64,000 nucleotides of DNA from an uncultured Actinomycetota bacterium (GCA_963766035.1 CAVXYP010000014.1:59584-123583), one strand, 5' to 3'. Shown: positions 9,857-19,587, numbered from the stretch's first letter. The notes: a model not told the origin generated them from the letters alone. Made by a program: numbers and translations.

Positions 9857-11066
9857 TCAGCGCCGCGAGCGCTGGGCGGAAGCCCGGGAGTCCGGCACGC
9901 CTTCGTAGTCGGGCAGCTCGGGGCCTGCGACCGCGCGCTCGACCAGGGCCATGAACGCGTCCATGTCGGGCTCCGGGGCGCGGCGCGGCGTCCGCCTCGG
10001 GAGCGGTCAGCATCTGCACATGCATCCGGCCGATCTCCTGGTTGTCCTCGACGTACGAGCGCATCCGTTCCTGATAGCCGGCGAAGCCGGCCTCCGGGTC
10101 CCAGTCGGCGGTGGCGAGCTCTCCGGCCAGCAGGTAGGCGCCGACCAGGGCCAGTCCGGTGCCCGCCCCGGACATCGGCGACGCGCTGAACGCCGCATCT
10201 CCGAGAAGACCCACCCGCCCGCTGTGCCAGCGGTCCATCACCACCTGGGCGACCTGGTCGAGGTAGAAGTCGGGAGTGTCGTCCAGGTGCGCGAGGATGC
10301 GTGGCGTCAACCAGCCGGTGCCGGCCATCTGTTCGCGCAGCAACCGCTTCTGGGCCTCGACGTCTCGATGGTCGATGTCGAAGTCGGGGGAGGGGAAAGA
10401 GAGCATGGCGATCGCCCGGGTGGCGTCGTGGATCGGCCGCAGGCCCACCCAGCGTCCCGCCTCGCGGTAGTCGAGCAACCAGCGGTCGAGTCCGAACTCG
10501 TTGGGCACGCCGTAGAAGGCGAGCACGAGTCCGAGATGGCGGACGAACTGCTCCCGCGGCCCGAAGACCATCGCGCGCAGCGACGAATGCAGCCCGTCGG
10601 CGCCGATCACCAGGTCGAAGCGCCGCCGGTCGCCGCTGGCGAAGGTGACGTCGACCCCGTCCGCGTCCTGGGTGAGCTCGGCGATGCGGTCGCCGAAGAT
10701 GTACTCGACAGCGTCACGGGTGTCGTCGTACAGCACTTCGGACAGGTCTCCGCGCAGGACCTCGATCTCCGAGATGTACCCGTCGCCGTCGTTCTCGTCC
10801 GCGGGGAACGTCTCCAGCACGTTGCCGTCCGCGTCGACCGTGTAGGCGCCGGCGGTGTGGGTGCAGGCCGCCCGCACCTCGGCGTCCAGGCCCATCCGCC
10901 GGATGACGTCCTTGGCCACTCCGCGCGCATCCACGGCCTGACCACCCGGACGCAGCCCGGGTGCTTGCTCCACGACGGTCACCTCGGCACCCCGCCGGCA
11001 CAGCCAGTGGGCCAGCGCGGGACCCGCGATGCTCGCTCCGGTCACCAACACCCTGATGTCGCTCAT
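9857..11066 (-). pseudogene. FAD-dependent monooxygenase, apparently frameshifted near its 3' end
   Basis: ATG at 11066 with GGAGG upstream. MSDIRVLVTGASIAGPALAHWL is a dinucleotide-binding fold. After ...MLTAPEADAAPR the high-GC3 frame changes (extra base between about 9975 and 10008). The new frame reads PEPDMDAFMALVERAVAGPELPDYEGV... to TGA at 9859-9857. The original frame runs on with poor codon usage into the RCC1 gene. Confidence 0.6.
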
Positions 11067-11145
11067 CGTGCCTCCAGTTGATCCGTCGACGGACGCTGGT
11101 CTGACCGCACGATCGGCCACTTCTCATCGGTCCAGGGGACGCTGC

Positions 11146-11913
11146 TCAGCCCCGGGCGGTCAGCACGATCGGGTCGCCATCCGTGATGGCGACCGTGTGC
11201 TCGACGTGCGCGCCGCGGGACCCGTCGGCACTGCGGATCGTCCAGCCGTCCGGGTCGAACCGGATCTCGTCCGTCCCGTGCAGGAACCACGGCTCGATCG
11301 CGATCACGAGCCCCGGCCGGAGCTTGAGTCCGCGGTGCGCCTGACCGTCGTTGGGGACGTGCGGGTCTCCGTGCATCGTGCGGCCGACGCCGTGGCCGCC
11401 GAACTGCAGGTTGACCCTGAGCCCTGCGGCGTGCGCCACGGCACCGATGGCGTGCGAGATGTCGCCGAGCCGGTTGCCCGACCGGGCGGCATCGATGCCG
11501 GCGTCGAGTGCCCGCTGAGCGACGTCGATCAGCCAGAGGTCCTCGGGCCGGGGGGTGCCGACGCAGACGGAGAGGGCGGAGTCCGCAACCCAGCCGTCGA
11601 CCGCCACCGCGAAGTCGACGGAGAGCAGGTCGCCGTCCTGGAGCGCGTAGTCGTGCGGCAGGCCGTGCAGCACCGCGTCGTTGACCGATGTGCAGAGCAC
11701 CTTGCCGAACGGCATCGCGCCGAACGACGGGTGGTAGTCGATGTAGCACGAGGTCGCGCCGGCGTCCTTGATCATCCGGTGCGCCAGCTCGTCCAGCTCG
11801 AGCAGGTTGACCCCGACGTCGGCCTTCTCGGCAAGAGCGCTGATCACCGAGGCCACGAAACGGCCCGCGGGGCGCATCTGCTCGATCTGGGTCGGGGTGC
11901 GGAGCTCGATCAC
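11146..11913 (-). CDS. map: type I methionine aminopeptidase
   Basis: 255 aa, GTG start. Typical Map sequence (IELRTPTQIEQMR..., metal-ligand context DLLSVDFAV, GHGVGRTMHG). Confidence 0.9.
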   Translation of the reverse strand: MIELRTPTQIEQMRPAGRFVASVISALAEKADVGVNLLELDELAHRMIKDAGATSCYIDYHPSFGAMPFGKVLCTSVNDAVLHGLPHDYALQDGDLLSVDFAVAVDGWVADSALSVCVGTPRPEDLWLIDVAQRALDAGIDAARSGNRLGDISHAIGAVAHAAGLRVNLQFGGHGVGRTMHGDPHVPNDGQAHRGLKLRPGLVIAIEPWFLHGTDEIRFDPDGWTIRSADGSRGAHVEHTVAITDGDPIVLTARG

Positions 11914-11986
11914 GCGGTCAAGGGTACGGCGCCTCGAGGACGCCTTGGTTTCGAGGCTCGCGGCCCTCGCACCTCAACCAGCGGCG

Positions 11987-12793
11987 TCAGTCGAGGAACC
12001 GCGGCTCGCGCTTCTCCTTGCGGGCCGCGACCGCCTCCTCGAAGTTCTGGGTCATCAGCCGCACCAGCAGCTGGCCGACACCCTCGGCGTGCATGTGCTG
12101 CTCGAGGCTGGCGGCGTCGAGGCTGTCCTGAAGGGTGCGCTTCGTCAGCTCGATGCCGGGCCGGCTCCAGCGGGTGATGGACGCCGCCGTCTCCAGGGCA
12201 CTCTCCAGCAGCTGGTCGTCCGGCACGACCCGCGACACCAGGCCGATCGAGGCCGCCTCGACCGCGTCGACGTCGCGCCCGGTCAGCATGATCTCCGCCG
12301 CGCGGGACGTGCCGATGGCGCGGGGGAGCAGGTAGCTGAGGCCGAGCTCGCTGGCCGTCAGGCCGTTGTTGATGCCGGCGGCGCGGAAGTACGCCGACTC
12401 CGCGGCGACCCGCACGTCGCAGGCGAGGGCGAGGCACAGGCCACCGCCGATGGCGGGGCCGTTGACCGCCGCGATGACCGGCTGGTGAAGTCGCCGGAGC
12501 GTGACGATGATGTCGTCGAGCAGCTCCATCGCGCGCAGCGCGACGGTGACGCCGGTGAGGCCGCCGATGTTGGGCATCCGCCCCCGTTCACCGCTCTGGT
12601 CGGCGCCGGAGCAGAACGCCCGTCCGGCACCGGTCAGGATGACGACCCGGACCTCGTTGTCGTCGCCGAGCCGACGCAGCTCGTCGCGGAACGGCACCAT
12701 GACGTCGAACGCCATCGAGTTCATCCGCTCGGTGCGGTTGAGGGTGACGACCGCGACCTCGGGACGCGGCCGGTCGACCTCGACGAAGCTCAT
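11987..12793 (-). CDS. enoyl-CoA hydratase/isomerase family protein
   Basis: Internal ATG at 12793 (MSFVEVDRPRPEVAVVTLNRTERMNSM...GAGRAFCSGAD). Its start shares 1 nt with the ltp3 stop (TGATG). Confidence 0.85.
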   Translation of the reverse strand: MSFVEVDRPRPEVAVVTLNRTERMNSMAFDVMVPFRDELRRLGDDNEVRVVILTGAGRAFCSGADQSGERGRMPNIGGLTGVTVALRAMELLDDIIVTLRRLHQPVIAAVNGPAIGGGLCLALACDVRVAAESAYFRAAGINNGLTASELGLSYLLPRAIGTSRAAEIMLTGRDVDAVEAASIGLVSRVVPDDQLLESALETAASITRWSRPGIELTKRTLQDSLDAASLEQHMHAEGVGQLLVRLMTQNFEEAVAARKEKREPRFLD

Positions 12794-13974
12794 CAGCTGC
12801 TCGCCCCTGTCAAATTCTGGGGCCGTTCCGAGCCGACCACCCACATGGCGAAGAACTGTGACCCGCCGCCATAGGCATGCCCCAGCGCGCGTCGTACGCC
12901 GTCGACCTGGTGCTCGCCTGCCGCGCCGCGGACCTGGAGTGCCGCCTCGCCGAAGCGGAGCATGCCGGACGCGCCGATCGGGTTCGACGACAGCACGCCG
13001 CCCGAGCAGTTGACCGGGAGCTTCCCGTCCATCGCCGTCTCCCCGGCCTCGGTGAGCTTCCAGCCGTCGCCCTCGGCAGCGAAGCCGAGGTTCTCCAGCC
13101 ACATCGGCTCGAACCACGAGAACGGCACGTAGATCTCCGCCGCGTCGATCTCCTCGAACGGGTTGGTGATGCCCGCCTGCTTCCAGAGCGCCGCAGCCGC
13201 GTCCCGGCCGGCCTGGGGGTTGACCTGGTCGCGCTCGGCGGCCGTGGTCGCCTCCGACCGCATCACCGTCCCGTGGATCCACGCCGGGTTCGGCGACGAC
13301 GCGGCGGTGTCCTCGTCGACGATCACGAGGGCGCACGCGCCGTCGCTCGACGGGCAGGTCTCGTCATAGCGGATCGGGTCCCAGAGCATCTGGGAGGCCA
13401 TCACCGACTCGACCGTCGTGCCCTCGTTGTGCAGGTGGGCATAGGGGTTCTTGAGCGCGTTGTTGCGGTCCTTGGCCGCCACGATCGCGCCGATGTGCGT
13501 CGGGGCTCCGGAGCGACGGATGTAGGAGCGGACGTGCGGGGCGAAGTAGCCGCCGGCGCCGGCGTGGACCGGCATGTTGAACGGCAGGGGGACCGACAGC
13601 GCCCACATCGCGTTGGACTCGGACTGCTTCTCGTAGGCGACGGTCAGCACCCTCTTGTGGACGCCGGCCTGCACCAGGGACGACGCGACGATGGCGGTCG
13701 AGCCGCCGACCGAGCCGGCCGTGTGCACCCGCAGCAGCGGCTTGCCCGCGGCGCCGAGGGCCTCGGCCAGGAACAGCTCCGGCATCATCACGCCCTCGAA
13801 CAGGTCCGGGGCCTTGCCGACCACGATGGCGTCGATGTCGTCGAGGGTCAGGTTCGCGTCGACGAGCGCGCGGTCGATGGCCTCGCGGCAGAGGCCGGCC
13901 ATCGAGACGTCCTCGCGCTTGGCGCGATGGTGGGTCTGGCCGACGCCGATGATCGCGGCGGGTTGCTTGCCCAT
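12793..13974 (-). CDS. ltp3: thiolase-like lipid-transfer protein (Ltp3-like)
   Basis: 393-aa SCP-x-type thiolase fold. Size and order (DUF35, 355 aa, 393 aa) mirror Rv3521-ltp4-ltp3. Confidence 0.75.
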   Translation of the reverse strand: MGKQPAAIIGVGQTHHRAKREDVSMAGLCREAIDRALVDANLTLDDIDAIVVGKAPDLFEGVMMPELFLAEALGAAGKPLLRVHTAGSVGGSTAIVASSLVQAGVHKRVLTVAYEKQSESNAMWALSVPLPFNMPVHAGAGGYFAPHVRSYIRRSGAPTHIGAIVAAKDRNNALKNPYAHLHNEGTTVESVMASQMLWDPIRYDETCPSSDGACALVIVDEDTAASSPNPAWIHGTVMRSEATTAAERDQVNPQAGRDAAAALWKQAGITNPFEEIDAAEIYVPFSWFEPMWLENLGFAAEGDGWKLTEAGETAMDGKLPVNCSGGVLSSNPIGASGMLRFGEAALQVRGAAGEHQVDGVRRALGHAYGGGSQFFAMWVVGSERPQNLTGASS

Positions 13975-15041
13975 CAGATGCTCTCCCCTTCAACAGATGC
14001 AGCCAACGTGCACACGAGGTTCTGCTGGAGCGCCGGGCCGCTGGTCGCGTGGGCCAGGGCCCTGGTGGCCTCGCCGGACCAGACCCGCTTGGCCGCCTCG
14101 CCCACGCGGATGCCGCCCGCCGAGAACATCGGGTTGCTGGTCAGCGCGCCGCCGGAGGGGTTGATGATCACGTCACTTTGAAGTCCAAGGGCCGTCCGGA
14201 GCAGCAGCTCCTGGTGGCTGAACGGCGCGTGCAGCTCGGCCACCTCGATCCCGTCGAGGTCGAGCGCGGCGCCCGACCGCTGCGCGGACGGCGAGCGGGT
14301 CAGGTCGCGGGCACCCATCCCCATCGGGTCCACGTAGTGCGCGATGCCGGTCAGCCAAGCCGGCCGGTCGCGCACCTCGCGGGCGCGGTCGCCGGCGGCG
14401 AGCACGATCGCCGCGGCGCCGTCGGTCACCGGGGCACAGTCGTGCTTGCGCAGCGGGTCGGCGTACATCGGCCGCGCGAGCAGCTCCTCGACCGACGAGC
14501 CGCCCTTCCGGATCGCGTACTCGTTCTTCTCCGCGTCGGTCAGCGACCGGTTGGCCACCTCGGCCATCGCGCGCTCGTCCCAGAGCCCGGCGTCGATGCC
14601 GGCCCGGGCCTGCAGCCCCGCCAGGGAGACGGTGTCGGGCCACAGCGGCGTCATCGTGTAGGGCTCGAGCTGCAGCGCGAGCGTACGACGGAGCACGCCG
14701 GCCGAGCTCTTGCCGAACGCGTAGACCAGTGCCGTGTCGACCTCGCCGGTCTGGATCTTGATCCAGGCCTCGTACATCGCCCAGGCGAGGTCCATCTCGA
14801 CGTGCGACTCGTTGACCGGCGGGATGACGCCGATCGCGTCCACCGCCTGGACGAACGAGAACGACCGGCCGGCCAGGTAGTCGGACGAACCGGAGCACCA
14901 GAACCCGACGTCCTTGCGGGTCCAGCCGGTCTGCTCGTAGCACTCCTTGAAGAGCGGCACGAGGAGCTCGACGCAGGTCGGTGACCCGTCGAACTCGGGC
15001 ATCTGTCGCTGGGCGAACCCGACGACGGCGACATCACGCAT
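13974..15041 (-). CDS. ltp4: thiolase-like lipid-transfer protein (Ltp4-like)
   Basis: 355-aa thiolase-like protein. Its stop shares 1 nt with the ltp3 start (TGATG at 13972-13976). Confidence 0.75.
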   Translation of the reverse strand: MRDVAVVGFAQRQMPEFDGSPTCVELLVPLFKECYEQTGWTRKDVGFWCSGSSDYLAGRSFSFVQAVDAIGVIPPVNESHVEMDLAWAMYEAWIKIQTGEVDTALVYAFGKSSAGVLRRTLALQLEPYTMTPLWPDTVSLAGLQARAGIDAGLWDERAMAEVANRSLTDAEKNEYAIRKGGSSVEELLARPMYADPLRKHDCAPVTDGAAAIVLAAGDRAREVRDRPAWLTGIAHYVDPMGMGARDLTRSPSAQRSGAALDLDGIEVAELHAPFSHQELLLRTALGLQSDVIINPSGGALTSNPMFSAGGIRVGEAAKRVWSGEATRALAHATSGPALQQNLVCTLAASVEGESI

Positions 15042-15059
15042 CTCGCAAGTGCTCCCGTC

Positions 15060-16025
15060 TCAGAGGTGGTGCTTGTAGGTGTCGTAGTCCGCGTCCGGTT
15101 CGCCGGTGGGCGCGAAGTGGTCGATGTTCTCGAGCGAGAACGTCCACTCGTCCTTCGGCTTCCACACGGCCTTGACCCGCATGCCCATCCGGACCTCGTC
15201 GGCGGGAACGCCGAGGATCAGGTGCAGGACGGCGATGTCGGCCCCGTCGAGGAGGACGTACGCCGAGACGTACGGCGGGGTGATCTTCTGCCCGAGGAAC
15301 GGCACGTTGACGATGCAGAAGGTCGTCACGGTGCCGGTCTGCGAGAGCTCGACCTCCTCCTCGGTCGGCGTCCCGTCGGCGGGACAGGCGCTGCGCGGCG
15401 GGATGTAGACCTTCTCGCAGGTGGGGCACCGCTGGCCCATGATCCGGCCTTCGTTGAGGCCGCGGTAGAACAGCGACTCCTCGGGCGAGGCCGCGTAGTT
15501 GTAGTCGAGCGAGACCGGTACGACGACCCCGGTCACGGGGTTGTCGGCCTCTTGGTCTCGTGGCGGTCGCTGCGCGACCTCCTCGACCTGCGAGAGGGGC
15601 TCGAACGCCTCGATGTCGGTGATGGCGCCGGTGCGCTCGGCCGCCCAACGCACCCGGACCCGCATGCCGGTGCTGACATCTGCCGGCGAGGGGACGTCGA
15701 GCGCGTGCAGAAGGGGGACGTCGGCACCGTCGAGGGTGACCAGCGCGAAGGCGAAGGGCCGGTCGAACGGCTGGTCCTTCACCGGCTCGGGCACCCAGGT
15801 CCACGACGTGACGGTCCCGACCGAGGCGACCTCGACGAACTCGGTGGTCGCCTCATGGGTGACCGGGTCGAACTCGAGGGGCGGCACCACGACCTCGCCT
15901 GTCGACGTCCGGCCGCCGACGACCACTCCGTCGCGGAGACCGGTGAGGAAGCGACCGATCACGGGACCGGTCGAGCGGGTGTAGTCGAAGGCGACCGTGA
16001 CCGGCGCCTGCAGGGTGCGGCTCAT
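15060..16025 (-). CDS. tandem DUF35 OB-fold / zinc-ribbon protein (Rv3521-like partner of Ltp thiolases)
   Basis: Zinc-ribbon CPTCEKVYIPPRSACPADG and two OB-fold halves. The start is placed at ATG 16025 (MSRTLQAPV) because the longer tracked ORF would contain the KstR box. Confidence 0.75.
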   Translation of the reverse strand: MSRTLQAPVTVAFDYTRSTGPVIGRFLTGLRDGVVVGGRTSTGEVVVPPLEFDPVTHEATTEFVEVASVGTVTSWTWVPEPVKDQPFDRPFAFALVTLDGADVPLLHALDVPSPADVSTGMRVRVRWAAERTGAITDIEAFEPLSQVEEVAQRPPRDQEADNPVTGVVVPVSLDYNYAASPEESLFYRGLNEGRIMGQRCPTCEKVYIPPRSACPADGTPTEEEVELSQTGTVTTFCIVNVPFLGQKITPPYVSAYVLLDGADIAVLHLILGVPADEVRMGMRVKAVWKPKDEWTFSLENIDHFAPTGEPDADYDTYKHHL

Positions 16026-16034
16026 GGGCGAAAG

Positions 16035-16048
16035 TGAAACACGTTCTA
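16035..16048. promoter_or_regulatory. KstR-type operator (TGAAACACGTTCTA)
   Basis: TnnAACnnGTTnnA in the 55-bp divergent gap between the DUF35 gene and the F420 oxidoreductase gene. Confidence 0.7.
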
Positions 16049-16080
16049 GTTTCCGCATCAAGTACGGCATGATGTGTCGC

Positions 16081-17139
16081 ATGAAGCTGGGACTGCAGCT
16101 GGGCTACTGGGGCGCGCAGCCCCCGCAGGGTGTCGGGGAGCTGGTGGCGGCCGCGGAGGACGCCGGTTTCGACGCGATCTTCACCGCGGAAGCGTGGGGG
16201 AGTGACGCGTTCACCCCGCTGGCGTGGTGGGGTCGCGAGACCTCGCGGGTCCGCCTGGGCACCTCGATCGTGCAGATGTCGGGACGGGCTCCGACGTCGA
16301 TCGCCATGCACGCGCTGACGCTCGACCACCTCACCGGTGGCCGGGTCATCCTCGGGATGGGCGTGAGCGGCCCGCAGGTCGTCGAGGGCTGGTACGGCCA
16401 GCCGTTCCAGAAGCCGCTCGCCCGCACCCGCGAGGTCGTCGACATCATCCGCAAGGTGCTGGCCCGCGAGGGGCCCGTGACCAACGACGGCCCGCACTAC
16501 CCGTTGCCCTACAACGGCCCGGGCTCGGTCGGGCTCGGCAAGCCGCTCAAGCCGATCGTCCATCCGCTCCGGGCCGACATCCCGATCTGGCTCGGCGCCG
16601 AGGGCCCGAAGAACGTCGCCCAGACCGCGGAGATCGCCGACGGCTGGATCCCGATCTTCTACACGCCGAAGAGCGCCGGCATGTACCAGCCGTGGCTGGA
16701 CGAGGGTTTCGCGCGTCGCCAGGAAACCGATGACAGTGCGCGCCGTTCGCGTGAGTCTTTCGAGATCGCCGCGACCTGCCACCTCCAGATCACCGAGGGC
16801 GAGGACGAGCGCCGCGCCGTCATCGACGGGATCAAGCCGGTGATCGCCCTCTACATGGGCGGCATGGGAGCGAAGGACCAGAACTTTCACAAGTTCGTCT
16901 TCGAGCGGATGGGTTACGCCGCCATCGCCGATCAGGTGCAGGAGCTGTTCCTCGCGCAGAAGCGCGACGAGGCCACCGCCCTGATCCCCGACGAGCTCGT
17001 CGAGGAGATGCACATCATCGGCGACGCGGCGTACGTCAAGGACCGCGTCGCAGCCTGGGAGGAGACCGGCGTGACGACGCTGCTGCTCAGCTGCCGCAAC
17101 GCCGACGAGGTCCGCCAGGTGGCCGAACTACTCGCCTGA
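16081..17139 (+). CDS. LLM-class F420-dependent oxidoreductase (Rv3520c-like)
   Basis: ATG at 16081 (MKLGLQLGYWGAQPP...), luciferase-like monooxygenase sequence. It is a neighbour of DUF35-ltp4-ltp3, as in M. tuberculosis. Confidence 0.8.
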   Translation: MKLGLQLGYWGAQPPQGVGELVAAAEDAGFDAIFTAEAWGSDAFTPLAWWGRETSRVRLGTSIVQMSGRAPTSIAMHALTLDHLTGGRVILGMGVSGPQVVEGWYGQPFQKPLARTREVVDIIRKVLAREGPVTNDGPHYPLPYNGPGSVGLGKPLKPIVHPLRADIPIWLGAEGPKNVAQTAEIADGWIPIFYTPKSAGMYQPWLDEGFARRQETDDSARRSRESFEIAATCHLQITEGEDERRAVIDGIKPVIALYMGGMGAKDQNFHKFVFERMGYAAIADQVQELFLAQKRDEATALIPDELVEEMHIIGDAAYVKDRVAAWEETGVTTLLLSCRNADEVRQVAELLA

Positions 17140-17170
17140 CAGCCGGCTCGAGAGCCATTAACGTGCGGGC

Positions 17171-17551
17171 ATGCGGCTGCCGCACGAGAACGTCGCCACG
17201 GTCCTGGTGGACCCGCGCGTGCTCGCGGACCTGGAGCTGGAGCTGATGGAGCTCGATCTGCGGGTGTGGCCGGTCGCCACGGCACCGATCTGCGCCGACG
17301 GGCGGCGCACGGCCTTCCAGATCCGTCGGACGCTGGTCATGCGCCAGCGCGGGGCGTGGGACGTGGCGGCAACGTGGACGCCGGTGTGGATCAGCTTCGG
17401 CGAGAGCTGGTACGACGACGCCGAGCCACTGCCGTGGGCCGCTCATCAGACACTGTGGCGGGCGCTCGAGGTGCACGGCGATCACGTGCGCTACCAGCGG
17501 CGGCTCGGCGGCGTACGTCCTCTGCAGGTTCCGCTCGAGGCCATCGGCTGA
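17171..17551 (+). CDS. hypothetical protein, Trp-rich, 126 aa
   Basis: Very high GC3 throughout, 31 nt downstream of the oxidoreductase on the same strand. No motif recognised. Confidence 0.55.
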   Translation: MRLPHENVATVLVDPRVLADLELELMELDLRVWPVATAPICADGRRTAFQIRRTLVMRQRGAWDVAATWTPVWISFGESWYDDAEPLPWAAHQTLWRALEVHGDHVRYQRRLGGVRPLQVPLEAIG

Positions 17552-17563
17552 CGGTTGCCCAGT

Positions 17564-17581
17564 ACTAGAACACGTTCTAGT
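17564..17581. promoter_or_regulatory. KstR-type operator, perfect 18-bp palindrome ACTAGAACACGTTCTAGT
   Basis: The core TAGAACACGTTCTA at 17566-17579 is the consensus itself. TAGTGT (17578-17583) is -10-like and lies 7 nt before the ATG at 17591. Confidence 0.8.
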
Positions 17582-17590
17582 GTTGGACCC

Positions 17591-19204
17591 ATGGACGACA
17601 CCCTGCGGATCGGCGCCCACAACGGCCACCTGATGGTGGCCGCTCTGAAGCGGCACAAGGACCGACCGGTGATCCACCTCGGTGACGTGACCTTGACCGG
17701 CGGCCAGGTGGCCGAGCGGATCAGCCAGTACGTCCAGGCGTTCGAGTCGCTCGGCGCCGGCACCGGCGCGCCCGGTGCGCTGCTCGCGCTGAACCGCCCG
17801 GAGGTGCTCTTCATCCTCGGCGCCGGGCAGACCCAGGGCTACCAGCGCACGTCGCTCCACCCGCTCGGCTCGGCCGACGACCACGCCTACGTCATCAACG
17901 ACGCCGGCATCAACACGCTCATCATCGATCCGTACTTCGAGGCCCGCGCCCTCGAGCTGCTCGACAAGTGCCCTGGCCTCAAGCAGGTGCTGACCATCGG
18001 GCCGGTTCCTGACTCGCTCGCAGCAGTGGGCTCCGACCTCACAGCCGTCGCCGCGACCTTCGACCCGGTGCCCCTGCAGGCCCGTCTGCTGCCGCCGGAC
18101 CACATCGTGTCCCTCGTCTACACCGGCGGTACGACGGGGAAGCCGAAGGGTGTGATCGGCACCGTGCAGGCGATGAACACGATGAGCCAGGTCCAGCTCG
18201 CCGAGTGGGAGTGGCCGGCGAACCCGCGGTTCCTGATGTGCACCCCGCTGTCGCACGCCGGCGCGGCGTTCTTCGTGCCGGTCGTGATCAAGGGCGGCAC
18301 CCTCTTCGTCTCCGCGCGGTTCGACCCGGCCGAGGTGCTGGCGACGATCGAGGAGAAGAAGATCGACTCGTTGATGCTCGTCCCGACGATGCTCTACGCG
18401 CTGATGGACCACCCCGACTCGCGGACCCGCGACCTGTCGTCGCTCGAGACCGTCTACTACGGCGCGTCCGCGATCAACCCGGTCCGGCTCAAGGAGGCGA
18501 TCGAGCGGTTCGGCCCGATCTTCGCCCAGTACTACGGCCAGTCCGAGGCGCCGATGGCGATCACCTACTTCCCGAAGGGCGACCACGTCGACGCCGACGG
18601 CAAGCCCTACGAGAAGCGGCTCACGTCGTGCGGCCGCCCGGCCGCCTTCCTGCGCACCGCGCTGCTCGGCGAGGACGGCCAGCCGGTCCCACCGGGCGAG
18701 CCGGGGGAGATCTGCGTCGCAGGCCCGCTGCTCGCGGGCGGCTACTGGCAGCTGCCCGAGCAGACCGCCGAGACGTTCCGCGACGGCTGGATGCACACCG
18801 GTGACGTCGCCCGCGAGGACGAGGACGGCTTCTGGTACATCGTCGACCGCACCAAGGACATGATCGTCACCGGCGGCTTCAACGTGTTCCCGCGCGAGGT
18901 CGAGGACGTCGTCGCCGAGCACCCGATGGTCGCGCAGGTCGGTGTCATCGGGACGCCGCACGAGAAGTTCGGAGAGGCGGTCACCGCGATCGTCGTGCTC
19001 CGTCCTGACGCGGAGGGTGACGACGACGCGATCGCGCGGATGACGGAGGAGATCCAGGCCGCGGTCAAGGAACGCAAGGGCTCGGTCCACGTCCCGAAGG
19101 ACGTCATCGTCGCCGACGCACTGCCGCTGACCGCGCTCGGCAAGCCGGACAAGAAGGCGCTCCGAGCGCAGTACTGGGAGGGTCAGGGCCGCACTGTCGG
19201 CTGA
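17591..19204 (+). CDS. acyl-CoA synthetase (steroid/fatty-acid-CoA ligase, FadD family)
   Basis: 537 aa from ATG 17591 (the tracked ORF start at 17555 would include the operator). AMP-binding motifs YTGGTTGKPKGV and TGDVAREDEDGFWYIVDRTKD. Confidence 0.85.
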   Translation: MDDTLRIGAHNGHLMVAALKRHKDRPVIHLGDVTLTGGQVAERISQYVQAFESLGAGTGAPGALLALNRPEVLFILGAGQTQGYQRTSLHPLGSADDHAYVINDAGINTLIIDPYFEARALELLDKCPGLKQVLTIGPVPDSLAAVGSDLTAVAATFDPVPLQARLLPPDHIVSLVYTGGTTGKPKGVIGTVQAMNTMSQVQLAEWEWPANPRFLMCTPLSHAGAAFFVPVVIKGGTLFVSARFDPAEVLATIEEKKIDSLMLVPTMLYALMDHPDSRTRDLSSLETVYYGASAINPVRLKEAIERFGPIFAQYYGQSEAPMAITYFPKGDHVDADGKPYEKRLTSCGRPAAFLRTALLGEDGQPVPPGEPGEICVAGPLLAGGYWQLPEQTAETFRDGWMHTGDVAREDEDGFWYIVDRTKDMIVTGGFNVFPREVEDVVAEHPMVAQVGVIGTPHEKFGEAVTAIVVLRPDAEGDDDAIARMTEEIQAAVKERKGSVHVPKDVIVADALPLTALGKPDKKALRAQYWEGQGRTVG

Positions 19205-19227
19205 CGGCGCGGCCCTTGGGACCTCGG

Positions 19228-19479
19228 TCAGACGCCTTCCTGGACCGGGTAGATCTCCTGGGCAACCAGCCCGTGCGCCTCGCGGTGCACGGTGTTGGCC
19301 GCCTCGGCGTCGGGCGCGTCGACCAGGCAGAAGATCTTGCCGGCGGACTCGTCGACCCAGTAGCGCAGGTACTGCACGTCGTAGCTGCCCTGGGTGGCGA
19401 GGTCGGCCTGGTGGGCCTTGACGACGTCGTCGATGCCGACGCCGCCTTCGATGTTGTGGACGTCCATGAAGAGAGCCAT
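19228..19479 (-). CDS. DUF4242 (SCO4226-like) small protein
   Basis: Internal ATG at 19479 (MALFMDVHNIEGGV...YLRYWVDESAGKIFCLVDAPD) with GAGGAG 6 nt upstream. Confidence 0.7.
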   Translation of the reverse strand: MALFMDVHNIEGGVGIDDVVKAHQADLATQGSYDVQYLRYWVDESAGKIFCLVDAPDAEAANTVHREAHGLVAQEIYPVQEGV

Positions 19480-19587
19480 GGTGTGCTCCTCGGGTTCTGG
19501 GAAGGGTTGAACTGACGCTCTGACGCTAGGTGCCACGGACCGCTGGCGGCATCGGCGACGGATACCTAGGTTCGGCGCGCTGGCTGC

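Noticed and set aside
7875-11120. Single 1081-aa ORF suggesting an FAD-monooxygenase/RCC1 fusion protein
   Set aside because: Codon bias collapses between about 10000 and 9611. An internal signal peptide with its own ATG (9611) starts the RCC1-like part, and a better frame terminates the monooxygenase at 9857. This is two genes joined by a frameshift.
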